From the NCBI GenBank assembly GCA_031421375.1, contig JANOOO010000157.1, forward strand, positions 1 to 33,828: a stretch of DNA of 33,828 bases, in the 5' to 3' direction. Shown here piece by piece: positions 1 through 9,333 of the stretch. This stretch comes from Polaromonas sp. (lineage in GTDB: Bacteria > Pseudomonadota > Gammaproteobacteria > Burkholderiales > Burkholderiaceae_C). The notes under the pieces were generated by a model. That model was not told where the DNA came from, ran no database searches, and was given only the letters and a program-made list of their open reading frames with translations. Position 1 is the first letter of the stretch, and every line of letters starts with the position of its first letter. A program made the translations under genes and the position numbers.

Positions 1-156
1 GCCGTAGTCGAGAACGGCCAGATCGTGATTCGCCCGATGAACTATCTGGCAATGAGCTACGACCACCGCATCATCGACGGGCGTGAAGCGGTGCTCGGGC
101 TGGTCGCGATGAAGGAAGCGCTGGAAGACCCGGCTCGGTTGTTGTTTGATATTTGA
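1..156 (+). CDS. sucB: 2-oxoglutarate dehydrogenase E2 (dihydrolipoamide succinyltransferase), 3' end only
   Basis: Frame 1 reads [51 protein letters not shown], containing the catalytic DHRIIDG motif; lies upstream of lpdA. Confidence 0.95.
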   Translation, partial: AVVENGQIVIRPMNYLAMSYDHRIIDGREAVLGLVAMKEALEDPARLLFDI

Positions 157-157
157 G

Positions 158-337
158 ATGGAGCAGGTCGTTGGATGGTTAGGTAGTCTGCTCGCCTGGT
201 TCGTTGGCGACCTGATTTTGCAACTGCTGGTTGGTGGCGTGTTCGCACTTGTGTTTGGTGCGTGCTTCGGATTGCTTGGGATTTTCCCGACCCGCCGCGA
301 TCCCATTGAACCTACGAAGAGTGAAAAAAATGAGTAA
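158..337 (+). CDS. Putative small hydrophobic membrane protein (59 aa)
   Basis: ATG 1 nt after the sucB stop; stop overlaps the lpdA start (ATGAGTAA); about 40 mostly hydrophobic residues followed by a charged tail. Confidence 0.55.
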   Translation: MEQVVGWLGSLLAWFVGDLILQLLVGGVFALVFGACFGLLGIFPTRRDPIEPTKSEKNE

Positions 338-1757
338 ACAATTCGACGTCATCGTCATCGGCGGCGGCCCCGGCGGCTACATCGCCGCCATTCGCGCTGC
401 GCAGCTTGGGCTTAACACCGCCTGCATCGACGAGTGGAAAAACGCGTCAGGCGGGCCTGCGCTCGGGGGTACCTGTACCAACACCGGCTGCATTCCGTCG
501 AAGGCACTGCTGCAATCGTCTGAATACTTCGAGCAGGCCGGCCACACCTTTGCCGACCACGGCATTGAGGTCAAGGGCCTGGGTCTGGACCTCGCAAAAA
601 TGCTGGGTCGCAAAGACAAGGTGGTCAAGCAGAACAACGAGGGCGTGCTTTACCTGTTCAAGAAAAACAAAGTCACGTTCTTCCACGGGCGCGCCTCATT
701 CGTGGCCGCAGGCGAGGGCGGCTACCAGATTCAGGTTTCGGGTGCCAGTGAAGAAACGCTTACCGGCAAGCACGTCATCGTTGCCACCGGCTCAAGCGCC
801 CGTGTGCTGCCCGGTGCGCCGTTTGACGAAGAAACAATCCTGTCCAATGACGGTGCCTTGCGCATGTCAGCAGTGCCAAAAAAACTGGGTTTGATTGGTG
901 CAGGCGTGATTGGCCTGGAGATGGGCTCGGTCTGGCGTCGGTTGGGCGCTGAAGTCACGGTGCTTGAGGGTTTACCGACTTTTCTGGGGGCAGTGGACCA
1001 GCAGATCGCCAAAGAAGCGCACAAGGCTTTTGTCAAGCAGGGCTTGAAGATTGAGCTTGGCGTGAAGGTCGGCGAGATCAAGTTGGCAAAAAAGGGTGTG
1101 ACGGTCGCTTACACCGACGCCAAAGGCGCGGCGCAGACACTGAATGTTGACAAGCTCATTGTCTCAATTGGCCGGGTGGCCAACACCATCGGCTTGTCTC
1201 CTGAAACCGTCGGCCTGGCGCTTGACGAGCGTGGCGCGGTGGTGGTCGATGACGACTGCAAAACCAACTTGACCAATGTGTGGGCGATTGGTGACGTGGT
1301 GCGTGGCCCCATGCTGGCGCACAAGGCTGAGGAAGAGGGCGTGGCGGTGGCCGAGCGCATTGCTGGCCAGCACGGGCATGTCAACTTCAACACGATTCCC
1401 TGGGTCATCTACACGCATCCCGAGATCGCCTGGGTCGGGCAAACCGAAGAGCAGCTCAAGGCTAGCGGGCGCGCTTACAAAGCCGGGGTGTTCCCGTTCC
1501 TGGCCAATGGGCGGGCACGGGCACTGGGTGACACCACCGGCATGGTCAAGATGCTGGCCGACGCTGCCACTGACGAGATTTTGGGCGTACACATCGTCGG
1601 CCCCTTGGCCAGCGAGTTGATTGCCGAGTGCGTGGTGGCGATGGAGTTTCGCGCCAGCAGCGAAGACATCGCCCGTATCTGCCACGCGCATCCGTCACTC
1701 AGCGAGGCCACCAAAGAAGCTGCGCTGGCTGTTGCGAAACGCACGTTGAACTTCTGA
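330..1757 (+). CDS. lpdA: Dihydrolipoyl dehydrogenase (E3)
   Basis: [20 protein letters not shown] motif, [13 protein letters not shown] redox disulfide, [11 protein letters not shown] motif, HAHPSLSE; start taken at ATG 330. Confidence 0.97.
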   Translation: MSKQFDVIVIGGGPGGYIAAIRAAQLGLNTACIDEWKNASGGPALGGTCTNTGCIPSKALLQSSEYFEQAGHTFADHGIEVKGLGLDLAKMLGRKDKVVKQNNEGVLYLFKKNKVTFFHGRASFVAAGEGGYQIQVSGASEETLTGKHVIVATGSSARVLPGAPFDEETILSNDGALRMSAVPKKLGLIGAGVIGLEMGSVWRRLGAEVTVLEGLPTFLGAVDQQIAKEAHKAFVKQGLKIELGVKVGEIKLAKKGVTVAYTDAKGAAQTLNVDKLIVSIGRVANTIGLSPETVGLALDERGAVVVDDDCKTNLTNVWAIGDVVRGPMLAHKAEEEGVAVAERIAGQHGHVNFNTIPWVIYTHPEIAWVGQTEEQLKASGRAYKAGVFPFLANGRARALGDTTGMVKMLADAATDEILGVHIVGPLASELIAECVVAMEFRASSEDIARICHAHPSLSEATKEAALAVAKRTLNF

Positions 1758-1803
1758 CGCTTTGCAAGCCCTTGAAGCTCTCGAACCAGTCAAGTCGCCG
1801 GGT

Positions 1804-2907
1804 GTGAGGGGGGCGGTTCGGACTGTTTATGACGCCGAGCTGGAAGCTCGAGGGTATTCGAGTGATCCGGCGCAATTGCGCGCGGTGCTTGCGCTGGATC
1901 GCTGCGCCCGTGAGTGGCAGGACTATCTTGATCAACGTTCGAGTACGCTGAAAAAGATGATCAACCGTCCCGGCATCCCGCGAGGGGTCTATATGTTTGG
2001 CGGCGTCGGTCGCGGCAAAAGCTTTTTGATGGACAGCTTTTTTAATGCTGTTCCGCTCAAGCGAAAAGTGCGGCTGCATTTTCATGAGTTCATGCGTGAG
2101 GTACACCGTGAGTTGCAGGAGATGCAGGGTGTGGCTAACCCGCTTGACGAACTGGCCAAAAAAATGGCCCGGCGTTACCGGCTGATTTGCTTCGACGAGT
2201 TTCACATATCGGACGTGACCGACGCGATGATTTTGTACAGGCTGCTTTTGGCCCTGTTCAACAACCGCGTGGGGTTCGTCACGACTTCCAACTTTCATCC
2301 AGACAACTTGTACCCGGGCGGTCTGCACCGGGACCGCGTCTTGCCTGCCATTGCATTGCTTAAATCAAGACTTGAACTGGTTGCGGTGGATAACGGCACC
2401 GACTACCGCAGTCGCACGCTGGAGCATGTGCGGCTGTACCACACGCCGCTGGGTCAGGGTGCCGACGCGCAGATGACACAGACTTTCGAGCAGCTTGCAG
2501 AAGTCCATGACGAAGACCCGATTCTGCACATTGAGGCCAGGCAGATTGCCGCGAGGCGCAAGGCGGGCGGCGTGGTTTGGTTTGACTTCGGGACGCTGTG
2601 CGGCGGGCCGCGGTCGCAGAATGATTACCTTGAAATTGCTACGCAGTTCCATACCGTGCTGCTTAGCGACGTGCCGCACATGCCAGTGCGAATGGCGTCG
2701 GAAGCCAGGCGTTTTACCTGGCTGGTCGATGTGCTGTATGACCGTCGGGTCAAACTGATTGTTTCAGCCGAAGTTGCGCCCGAGCTGCTGTACACCGAGG
2801 GACCGCTGCTTCACGAATTCCCGCGAACCGTCTCCAGACTCACAGAGATGCAATCGAAGGCATTTTTGAGTGCCGGCCGTCGTGATGTGGACACATCACT
2901 TGTATGA
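1804..2907 (+). CDS. zapE: Cell division ATPase ZapE (AFG1 family)
   Basis: GGVGRGKSFLMD Walker A, LICFDEFH Walker B, TTSNFHP, FPRTVSRLTEMQS; start uncertain (GTG 1804 or TTG 1762). Confidence 0.92.
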   Translation: MRGAVRTVYDAELEARGYSSDPAQLRAVLALDRCAREWQDYLDQRSSTLKKMINRPGIPRGVYMFGGVGRGKSFLMDSFFNAVPLKRKVRLHFHEFMREVHRELQEMQGVANPLDELAKKMARRYRLICFDEFHISDVTDAMILYRLLLALFNNRVGFVTTSNFHPDNLYPGGLHRDRVLPAIALLKSRLELVAVDNGTDYRSRTLEHVRLYHTPLGQGADAQMTQTFEQLAEVHDEDPILHIEARQIAARRKAGGVVWFDFGTLCGGPRSQNDYLEIATQFHTVLLSDVPHMPVRMASEARRFTWLVDVLYDRRVKLIVSAEVAPELLYTEGPLLHEFPRTVSRLTEMQSKAFLSAGRRDVDTSLV

Positions 2908-3548
2908 AGCGGCTCCTGTTTGTTGTTTTGTGTGTGGCGACTTCCGCGCTGGGCGTAGCTGGCGCGAAAAACGACGTGCAAACGCTGCCGGGCATGGCCG
3001 CCGAGCGGCAACGCATTGAGACTGATCGCTCAATCATTGAACGCGATTTTGCAGCGTCGAGGGCGGCTTGCTATCAGCTGTTCTTTGTAAACAGTTGCCT
3101 GGACGATGCCGACGCGCAGCGGCGTGCCGGTTTGTCGGGTCTGAGACGTCAGGAGATTTTGTTGAATGACCTGGAGCGCAAGGAAAAGGCCGCAGCCCAA
3201 CTCCGCAAGCTGGAGGAAAAGGCACGCGCTGCAAGCCTGCCGCCAAATACAGATTCCGGGGCCGTGCCCGCCGCGCGTGAGCAGCCAACAACGCCGTCGG
3301 CGCTCAAGCCCCAAGTGGCCCGTGAAGCCTCGCCGCAGCTGCCACCGAAATCAGGAAAATCTGTCGGTCAAGCCACAACAAGCCGCGAAAAAGCAGATGC
3401 CAGAGCCGCGAAGGCAGCCAGCGAGCCGGGGCAGGCCCGCACATTTGCAGAGCGCCAGAGTCAGGCTCTGGAGCGACGCAAAAAGCATGAGCAAGCTCAG
3501 CGGAATCGGACCAAGCCGGCAGCACAGCCGTTGCCGGTGCCGCCTTGA
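2904..3548 (+). CDS. Hypothetical exported protein with coiled-coil and Pro/Ala-rich region
   Basis: ATGA overlap with zapE stop; Sec-like signal MKRLLFVVLCVATSALG; CYQLFFVNSC Cys pair; charged helical segments. Confidence 0.8.
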   Translation: MKRLLFVVLCVATSALGVAGAKNDVQTLPGMAAERQRIETDRSIIERDFAASRAACYQLFFVNSCLDDADAQRRAGLSGLRRQEILLNDLERKEKAAAQLRKLEEKARAASLPPNTDSGAVPAAREQPTTPSALKPQVAREASPQLPPKSGKSVGQATTSREKADARAAKAASEPGQARTFAERQSQALERRKKHEQAQRNRTKPAAQPLPVPP

Positions 3549-3551
3549 AGT

Positions 3552-4310
3552 TCAGGTTACGGGTTCGAGCTTGACGATGACCAGGGACAAGTTGTCCCCG
3601 GTGCCCCGTGCCCGCGAACGCGCTTTTTGAATGAGGAATTCAGTTGCCTCGCGCGGCGAGAGCATAGAGACAGCGGAGCCAATTTCATTGGCGGTGAAGT
3701 AGTGCCAAACACCGTCGCTACAGGCAATCAGGGAGTCACCGGTCCGCAATTGAGGAATGAAATGTTGCGAGATGGGCGGTGACTCTTCTGTACCCAGGCA
3801 GCCCGTCAGAATGTTGGACTGCGGATGCACGTTGGCATCTGCGTCGGTGATCTCGCCACTTTCGACCAGCGTCTGTACGTAGGAGTGATCGATCGTGCGG
3901 TGAACCAGCTCTTTGCCCTGGTAATGGTAGATGCGCGAATCGCCCGCGTGAGCCCAGTGGCAATCTCCTGCGGGGTTGATGAGGAAGGCCGCGAGCGTGC
4001 TGTGAGGCTCTTGCTCGGTCGCGAGCGCCGTGAGCTTAATGACGGTGTGCGCTTCTTCGATAATTTGCCGCAGCACGGAGGGCGCGTCGTCACTGCTCGG
4101 CGAGTAGCGCTCGAACAGTTGTTTGGCAGTCATCATGACCTGGTCGGATGCCTTTCGGCCGCCACTGCGGCCGCCCATTCCGTCGGCAACGATGCCGAGC
4201 AGACAGCCAGGCGACCGCTCATGCGAGAACAGCTGGACCTGATCTTGCTGGTAGTCGCGATCGCCTTTGTGGATGCCGGTCGAGGCGGTAATTCGGTAGC
4301 CTTTGGACAT
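3552..4310 (-). CDS. PP2C-family Ser/Thr protein phosphatase
   Basis: Motifs RDYQQD, VADGMGG, AHAGDSRIY, DHS, ACSDGVW, GDNLS. Confidence 0.93.
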   Translation of the reverse strand: MSKGYRITASTGIHKGDRDYQQDQVQLFSHERSPGCLLGIVADGMGGRSGGRKASDQVMMTAKQLFERYSPSSDDAPSVLRQIIEEAHTVIKLTALATEQEPHSTLAAFLINPAGDCHWAHAGDSRIYHYQGKELVHRTIDHSYVQTLVESGEITDADANVHPQSNILTGCLGTEESPPISQHFIPQLRTGDSLIACSDGVWHYFTANEIGSAVSMLSPREATEFLIQKARSRARGTGDNLSLVIVKLEPVT

Positions 4311-4356
4311 GGTGTTTGTTTAGGTCGGGAAGACCGGTTTTGGAATTGATCCAACG

Positions 4357-4363
4357 TATTATG
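4357..4363. promoter_or_regulatory. Possible overlapping -10 hexamers for the divergent PP2C and DUF465 genes
   Basis: TATTAT on + (4357-4362) and CATAAT on - (4363-4358) in the 81-bp divergent gap; no clear -35. Confidence 0.3.
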
Positions 4364-4391
4364 GGACGAGACCGTACACGCAGAAGCCCCA

Positions 4392-4595
4392 TTGAACCCC
4401 AATTTACGCTCTCCCCAGCGAGAACTGATCGAACTGAAGATCGAACATGCCGACCTCAATGCGCTGGTCGATATGGCCGTCCACGCCCTGCCGATTGACG
4501 AGCTGCTTCTGCGGCGCTTGAAGAAACGGCGTCTTCTGCTGCGAGACCAGATCTCGGAGCTCGAAGTGTCGTTGGACCCACCCGAGCCAGCCTGA
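4392..4595 (+). CDS. DUF465 / YdcH-family small coiled-coil protein
   Basis: LKIEHADLNALVD...LRRLKKRRLLLRDQI pattern; TTG start; TGATG overlap with the helicase start. Confidence 0.85.
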   Translation: MNPNLRSPQRELIELKIEHADLNALVDMAVHALPIDELLLRRLKKRRLLLRDQISELEVSLDPPEPA

Positions 4596-6601
4596 TGAAT
4601 CTGATCTCCCAAGTCGAGCAGGCTTTTGCGGCAGACGGATTGCTTGCGGGCGCCGAGGCGCATTTCGTGTCGCGGCCAGGCCAAACCCGTATGGCTGTGG
4701 CCGTTGCACAGGCCATTGAAGGCGCTTACGCGCTGGTTGTTGAGGCCAGTACGGGCGTGGGAAAGACTTATGCCTATCTCGTCCCGGCATTGCTGAGTGG
4801 TGAACGGGTTCTGGTTTCCACAGCAACCAAGGCACTTCAAGACCAGTTGTTCGGGCGCGATCTCCCCCAGCTGATTTCGCTGCTGGGCTTGCCTGTACGC
4901 TCGGCCCTGCTCAAAGGCCGGGCGAGCTATTTGTGCCTGCAGCGGCTTGGATCGGCCAGGCAGGACCCGCATGCTGCCGACAGTGGTTCACTGCGCGCGC
5001 TAGGTCGAATCGAACAATGGTCGCGCAGCACGCGAACCGGAGATATGGCCGAACTCGATGGTCTCGATGAACGCTCGCCGTTGATCCCGCTGGTCACTTC
5101 AACGCGCGAGAACTGCCTGGGTGTGCCTTGCCCGAACTTCAAAGCGTGTCACGTCAATCTTGCGCGGCGTGAGGCTATGGCGGCAGACATCGTGGTCATC
5201 AACCATCATTTGTTTTTCGCGGATTTGGGCGTACGTGAGTCCGGGATGGCCGAGCTTTTGCCTTCTGTGCGAATCGCTATTTTTGACGAATCCCATCAAC
5301 TCAACGAAACCGGTATTCAGTTTCTCGGGCGCAATCTCACGACGGGTCAACTGCTGGATTTTTCACGAGACCTGCTGGCGAGCGGTCTGCAACACGCACG
5401 CGGTCTGGCCGACTGGCAAGGCGTGTCTGGTGAAGTCGAACAGGCCGCGCGCATGCTCCGGCTTGCCGCCGGTCGGCAGCCTCCCGGCAGCAAATTACGC
5501 TGGACCAGCGGAGCCCCTGATGGACTGGATGCAGGCGAGTGGGACGACGCCATGGGCGATGTGCAGAGCAGTTGCCTGCAGGCGAGCGAAGCCTTGGCCC
5601 TGGTACACGACACGTCAGCCGATTTCGCCCGTCTGCACGAGCGCGCGCTTCATCTCGCCGAACAGGCCGAGTTGTTTGTGCGTGCCTGTGAGCCTGGCAG
5701 CGTTCGGTGGCTTGATGTCGGTGCCCAATTGCGATTGATCGAGTCGCCGCTGAACATCGAAAAAGCGATGCGAACGCGCATTCTTCCGGTAGCAGAAGGC
5801 GCTGCGAAATCGTGGATATTCACGTCCGCAACCCTGGGTGATGACGAGCAGCTTTCGTGGTTTACGGAGCCCTGCGGACTCTCTGGAGCGCAGGTTTTGC
5901 AGATCGGCAGCCCCTTTGATTACCAGCGCCAGGCCGCGTTTTACGTCCCGTCCGATTTCCCCAAGCCCAATGATCCCGCTCACAGTCTGGCCGTGGCTAC
6001 ATCGGCCGCAGCATGGGCGCGTGCATTAGGCGGTCGAACAATGATTTTGACGACCACGCTGAGGGCACTGCGTGTGATTGGTGACGCATTGAGCGCTTCG
6101 TTCGACGCGTCGCCCGACATCGACGTACTCGTTCAGGGCAGCATGCCGAAACGGCGCTTGATTGAGCGCTTTCGCCGGGGCGCAAGCGAGGGCGAAAAAG
6201 CCTGTGTGCTGGTTGCGTCAGCTTCTTTTTGGGAGGGAATCGATTTTCCGGGAGACGCGCTGCAGCTGGTCATCATCGACAAGCTGCCGTTTCCGCCTCC
6301 AAACGATCCGTTGGTCGAAGCCCGGACCAAACTGCTGGAGACGCAGGGGCGCAGCCCGTTCAGGGATTATTTTTTACCGGAAGCGGCGGTGGCGCTCAAA
6401 CAGGGGGCAGGGCGCCTGATACGCCGCGAATCGGATGAAGGCGTGCTTGTGGTTTGCGACAGTCGTCTGGTTTCAATGTCGTATGGCCGCCGCCTGATCA
6501 AGGCGCTGCCGTTAATGCAGCGAATCGACTCGCCAGAGCAACTGATGGCTCGCCTTCAGGCGCTCACCAAAACTTGTACCAGGGATTCTCTTGAGGCCTG
6601 A
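4595..6601 (+). CDS. ATP-dependent DNA helicase, DinG/YoaA family (Fe-S)
   Basis: Q motif RPGQ, EASTGVGKT Walker A, four Cys (YLC...NCLGVPCPNFKAC), FDESH motif II, SATL, FWEGIDFPG, KQGAGRLIR. Confidence 0.93.
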   Translation: MNLISQVEQAFAADGLLAGAEAHFVSRPGQTRMAVAVAQAIEGAYALVVEASTGVGKTYAYLVPALLSGERVLVSTATKALQDQLFGRDLPQLISLLGLPVRSALLKGRASYLCLQRLGSARQDPHAADSGSLRALGRIEQWSRSTRTGDMAELDGLDERSPLIPLVTSTRENCLGVPCPNFKACHVNLARREAMAADIVVINHHLFFADLGVRESGMAELLPSVRIAIFDESHQLNETGIQFLGRNLTTGQLLDFSRDLLASGLQHARGLADWQGVSGEVEQAARMLRLAAGRQPPGSKLRWTSGAPDGLDAGEWDDAMGDVQSSCLQASEALALVHDTSADFARLHERALHLAEQAELFVRACEPGSVRWLDVGAQLRLIESPLNIEKAMRTRILPVAEGAAKSWIFTSATLGDDEQLSWFTEPCGLSGAQVLQIGSPFDYQRQAAFYVPSDFPKPNDPAHSLAVATSAAAWARALGGRTMILTTTLRALRVIGDALSASFDASPDIDVLVQGSMPKRRLIERFRRGASEGEKACVLVASASFWEGIDFPGDALQLVIIDKLPFPPPNDPLVEARTKLLETQGRSPFRDYFLPEAAVALKQGAGRLIRRESDEGVLVVCDSRLVSMSYGRRLIKALPLMQRIDSPEQLMARLQALTKTCTRDSLEA

Positions 6602-7382
6602 AACCACGGCTGAGATACGGGCTCTGTGGAAAGCTCTTCTCGATGATGCGCCGGGCATCGTCGCGCAGATCGTTCATGCCTAGTGCCTCGTAAGACTTGA
6701 AAAGAATGAAAGCAGCCTCTTCAATGGCCGGCACATCGCGGTACTCCGCAATGGCTGTCTGGGCACGGTTGATGGCCGCGATATATGCTCCACGTGAATA
6801 GTAGTAGCGGGCTACATGCACTTCTGATTGAGCAAGCGAGTTGACGATGTAAATCATGCGCTGCTGGGAATCAGGGGCGTAGCGTGAGTCTGGAAACCGG
6901 GTGGTCAGCTCGCGGAACGATTCAAAAGAATCCTTCGCTGATTTTTGATCGCGCTCCGACAGATCCTGCTGCGAGACAAAGCCGAACAAGCCGAGCTTGT
7001 CGTTGAAGTTCACCAGCCCTTTCAAATACAAAGCGTAATCAAGTGCGGGGCTGGAGGGGTGCAACTTGATAAAACGGTCAAGTGTGGCGACGGCCTGGGC
7101 CTGCTCGCCGCCCTTGAACTGCGCATAGGCTTTTTCAATCTGCGCCTGTTGCGCCAAAGGGGTGCCTGCCGCTCGGCCTTCGAGCTTTTCAAACAGCGGA
7201 ATTGCTTTTTCATAGCTGCCCGAGTTCACTTCGTCCTGGGCTTCTGAATAAATGCGGTTGGGGCTCCAGTTGGCGGTTTTGTCGGCTTCCGGTGAGCTGG
7301 CGCACCCGCTTAAGAGCAGACTCAGAGCACACCCTGCGACGAGGATTGATGAGCGGCGAACAACGGATAATCTCGAAAACAT
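6564..7382 (-). CDS. bamD: Outer membrane protein assembly factor BamD (lipoprotein)
   Basis: Lipobox LSGC, TPR-like helices, RFIKLHPSSP..DYALYLKGL, VARYYYSRGAYIAAINRA; divergent from rluD. Confidence 0.95.
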   Translation of the reverse strand: MFSRLSVVRRSSILVAGCALSLLLSGCASSPEADKTANWSPNRIYSEAQDEVNSGSYEKAIPLFEKLEGRAAGTPLAQQAQIEKAYAQFKGGEQAQAVATLDRFIKLHPSSPALDYALYLKGLVNFNDKLGLFGFVSQQDLSERDQKSAKDSFESFRELTTRFPDSRYAPDSQQRMIYIVNSLAQSEVHVARYYYSRGAYIAAINRAQTAIAEYRDVPAIEEAAFILFKSYEALGMNDLRDDARRIIEKSFPQSPYLSRGFRPQENPWYKFW

Positions 7383-7398
7383 GCGTGCGACCTTCTTG

Positions 7399-8466
7399 AT
7401 GATTGACCCCGAAAATACCCTGCCAATTATATCGGCCGGTGGCGTTTTGCCGATCATCACCCTCGCTGGACATAACGATGATGAAGATGATCCACCGGAG
7501 CCCGGAGACGGTGCGCCGGAGATCGAGTTGCGCAGCGCCCTGGTGCCGGACAGCAGTCACGGATCGCGGCTGGACCGAACGCTGGTCCAGCTGGTGCCGG
7601 AGTTCTCCCGAAACTATTTGCAGCAGTTGATGGCAGCCGGAGGCGTCAAGGTCAATGGCGCCCTTGCAAGCAAGCCATCGCTGAAGACTCGCGCAGGAGA
7701 TTCGGTTGAAATTGAACTTCGTCCCACACCTGAAAGCCGGGCCTTCATTGCCGAGCCAATGGATCTCGACATCGTCTTTGAAGATTCCAGCCTCCTGGTG
7801 GTGAACAAGCCGGTCGGGATGGTTGTCCATCCGGCACCTGGCAACTGGAGCGGAACTTTGCTCAATGGCCTGTTGGCCCGACATCAGGATGCTGCGGCCC
7901 TGCCAAGAGCCGGGATTGTTCACCGGCTGGACAAAGACACGAGCGGGCTCATGGTAGTGGCGAGAAAACGCAGCGTGATGGACCAACTTGTCAAAATGAT
8001 TGCTGCGCGTGAGGTCAGCCGCGAGTATCTCGCGCTGGCCCACGGAACGTGGCAGGGTGCCAGGACTCGGGAGGTCAATCAGCCAGTCGGACGCGACCCC
8101 CGCAATCGCTTGCGCATGGCCGTCGTCGATCCTGATCGCAACCCCGGAAAACTGGCCTCCACGGTGGTTTCTCTGCTAGAAAATGTAGATGCTGCCGGTG
8201 GCTACTGTTTTTTGAAATGCAAGCTTAAAACCGGTCGAACGCATCAGATACGGGTGCATCTCTCTTTTCTCAACCACCCTCTGGTTGGCGATACGCTGTA
8301 CGGTGGCCTTGGTGCCGCTGGGCTTGAGCGCCAGGCTTTGCATGCATGGCGCCTGAGCTTTGCGCATCCGGTTACCGGCGAAGCTCTGGCCTTCTTGTCA
8401 CCGCCGCCGACCGACTTCAGAACCGCGCTGGACGAATTAGGGCTGCGATACAATGAAATTCAGTAG
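7399..8466 (+). CDS. rluD: 23S rRNA pseudouridine synthase RluD (RluA family)
   Basis: S4 domain (RLDRTLVQLVPEFSRNYLQ), VVNKPVGMVVHP, GIVHRLDKDTSG, LKTGRTHQIRVH, QALHA; start uncertain (7381/7399/7447). Confidence 0.92.
   Translation: MIDPENTLPIISAGGVLPIITLAGHNDDEDDPPEPGDGAPEIELRSALVPDSSHGSRLDRTLVQLVPEFSRNYLQQLMAAGGVKVNGALASKPSLKTRAGDSVEIELRPTPESRAFIAEPMDLDIVFEDSSLLVVNKPVGMVVHPAPGNWSGTLLNGLLARHQDAAALPRAGIVHRLDKDTSGLMVVARKRSVMDQLVKMIAAREVSREYLALAHGTWQGARTREVNQPVGRDPRNRLRMAVVDPDRNPGKLASTVVSLLENVDAAGGYCFLKCKLKTGRTHQIRVHLSFLNHPLVGDTLYGGLGAAGLERQALHAWRLSFAHPVTGEALAFLSPPPTDFRTALDELGLRYNEIQ
7426..7431 (-). promoter_or_regulatory. Putative sigma70 -10 box for bamD
   Basis: Perfect TATAAT on the minus strand about 44 nt upstream of the bamD ATG; no good -35. 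Confidence 0.4.
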
Positions 8467-8565
8467 TTTTTCGCTACCCACGCCAAGGCAATCCTGAACG
8501 GACACAGCTTTGGCCCACAGCGCGCCAGGCGATGCGCTCTCCCGCTTTTTTCGGAATGGCAGACC

Positions 8566-9333
8566 ATGAATACGACGGATGCGAAGCGCATCGTCGAAAC
8601 GGCTCTTATCTGCGCCCAGCAACCGCTGAGCCTGCGCGAAATGGGCCAGCTTTTCGACGAAGCCCTGAATGCAGACAGCTTGCGCTTGATTCTTGAGGCC
8701 CTGCAAACCGACTGGTCACTGCGTGGCGTCGAATTGGTGTATGTTGCGAGCGGCTGGCGTTTTCAGAGTCGCCCCGAGATGCGCCAGTATCTTGACAAGC
8801 TGCACCCAGAAAAACCACCGCGTTACAGCCGTGCAGTCCTTGAGACATTGGCTATCGTGGCCTACCGACAGCCCGTGACGCGCGGAAACATGGAAGATAT
8901 CCGGGGTGTCACCATCAATAGCATGATCCTCAAGCAACTTGAAGAGCGCGGCTGGATTGAAGTCATCGGGCACCGCGAAACCGTGGGCCGACCCGCCCTC
9001 TACGCGACAACCAGGCAGTTTCTTGACGACCTTGGGGTGCAGTCGCTCGATCAGTTGCCAACCATGAACGAGGCTGCCTGGCCTGAGGCGGCTGGGCAGT
9101 TCGACCTGGCGATGCAGGCGATCCCGCCGATCTCGCCGGATAAGCCACAGTTGCTACACGCGGACTCCCTTGCAATGTCAGATGAAGTAGCGAGTAGTGC
9201 GCGAGCGGTTGATAACTCGGCCACTGAGCCAGATGCCGGCGCATCACTGTCGGCGGTCAGGGACCTACGCATTGCGCCCAGTGACTCCAGTGAGTCCGAC
9301 CGTGTTGAGGTGCCCTCCGAAAGCAAACCATGA
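8566..9333 (+). CDS. scpB: SMC-Scp complex subunit ScpB
   Basis: SRAVLETLAIVAYRQPVTRG, IRGV, GRPALYATTRQFLDDLG; disordered C-terminal tail. Confidence 0.95.
   Translation: MNTTDAKRIVETALICAQQPLSLREMGQLFDEALNADSLRLILEALQTDWSLRGVELVYVASGWRFQSRPEMRQYLDKLHPEKPPRYSRAVLETLAIVAYRQPVTRGNMEDIRGVTINSMILKQLEERGWIEVIGHRETVGRPALYATTRQFLDDLGVQSLDQLPTMNEAAWPEAAGQFDLAMQAIPPISPDKPQLLHADSLAMSDEVASSARAVDNSATEPDAGASLSAVRDLRIAPSDSSESDRVEVPSESKP

Noticed and set aside
231-329. N-terminal extensions in the ORF track (lpdA from 231; also ndk 11064, rodZ 13508, hisS 15797, hfq 20511, hisZ 24438, tesA 32132, bamD 7460, rluD 7252)
   Set aside because: Family-typical N-termini, SD positions or stop/start overlaps point to downstream starts.
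7201-7222. TTTTTCATAGCTGCC in bamD resembling the reverse motif
   Set aside because: Short match within ordinary coding sequence, lacking the rest of the consensus.
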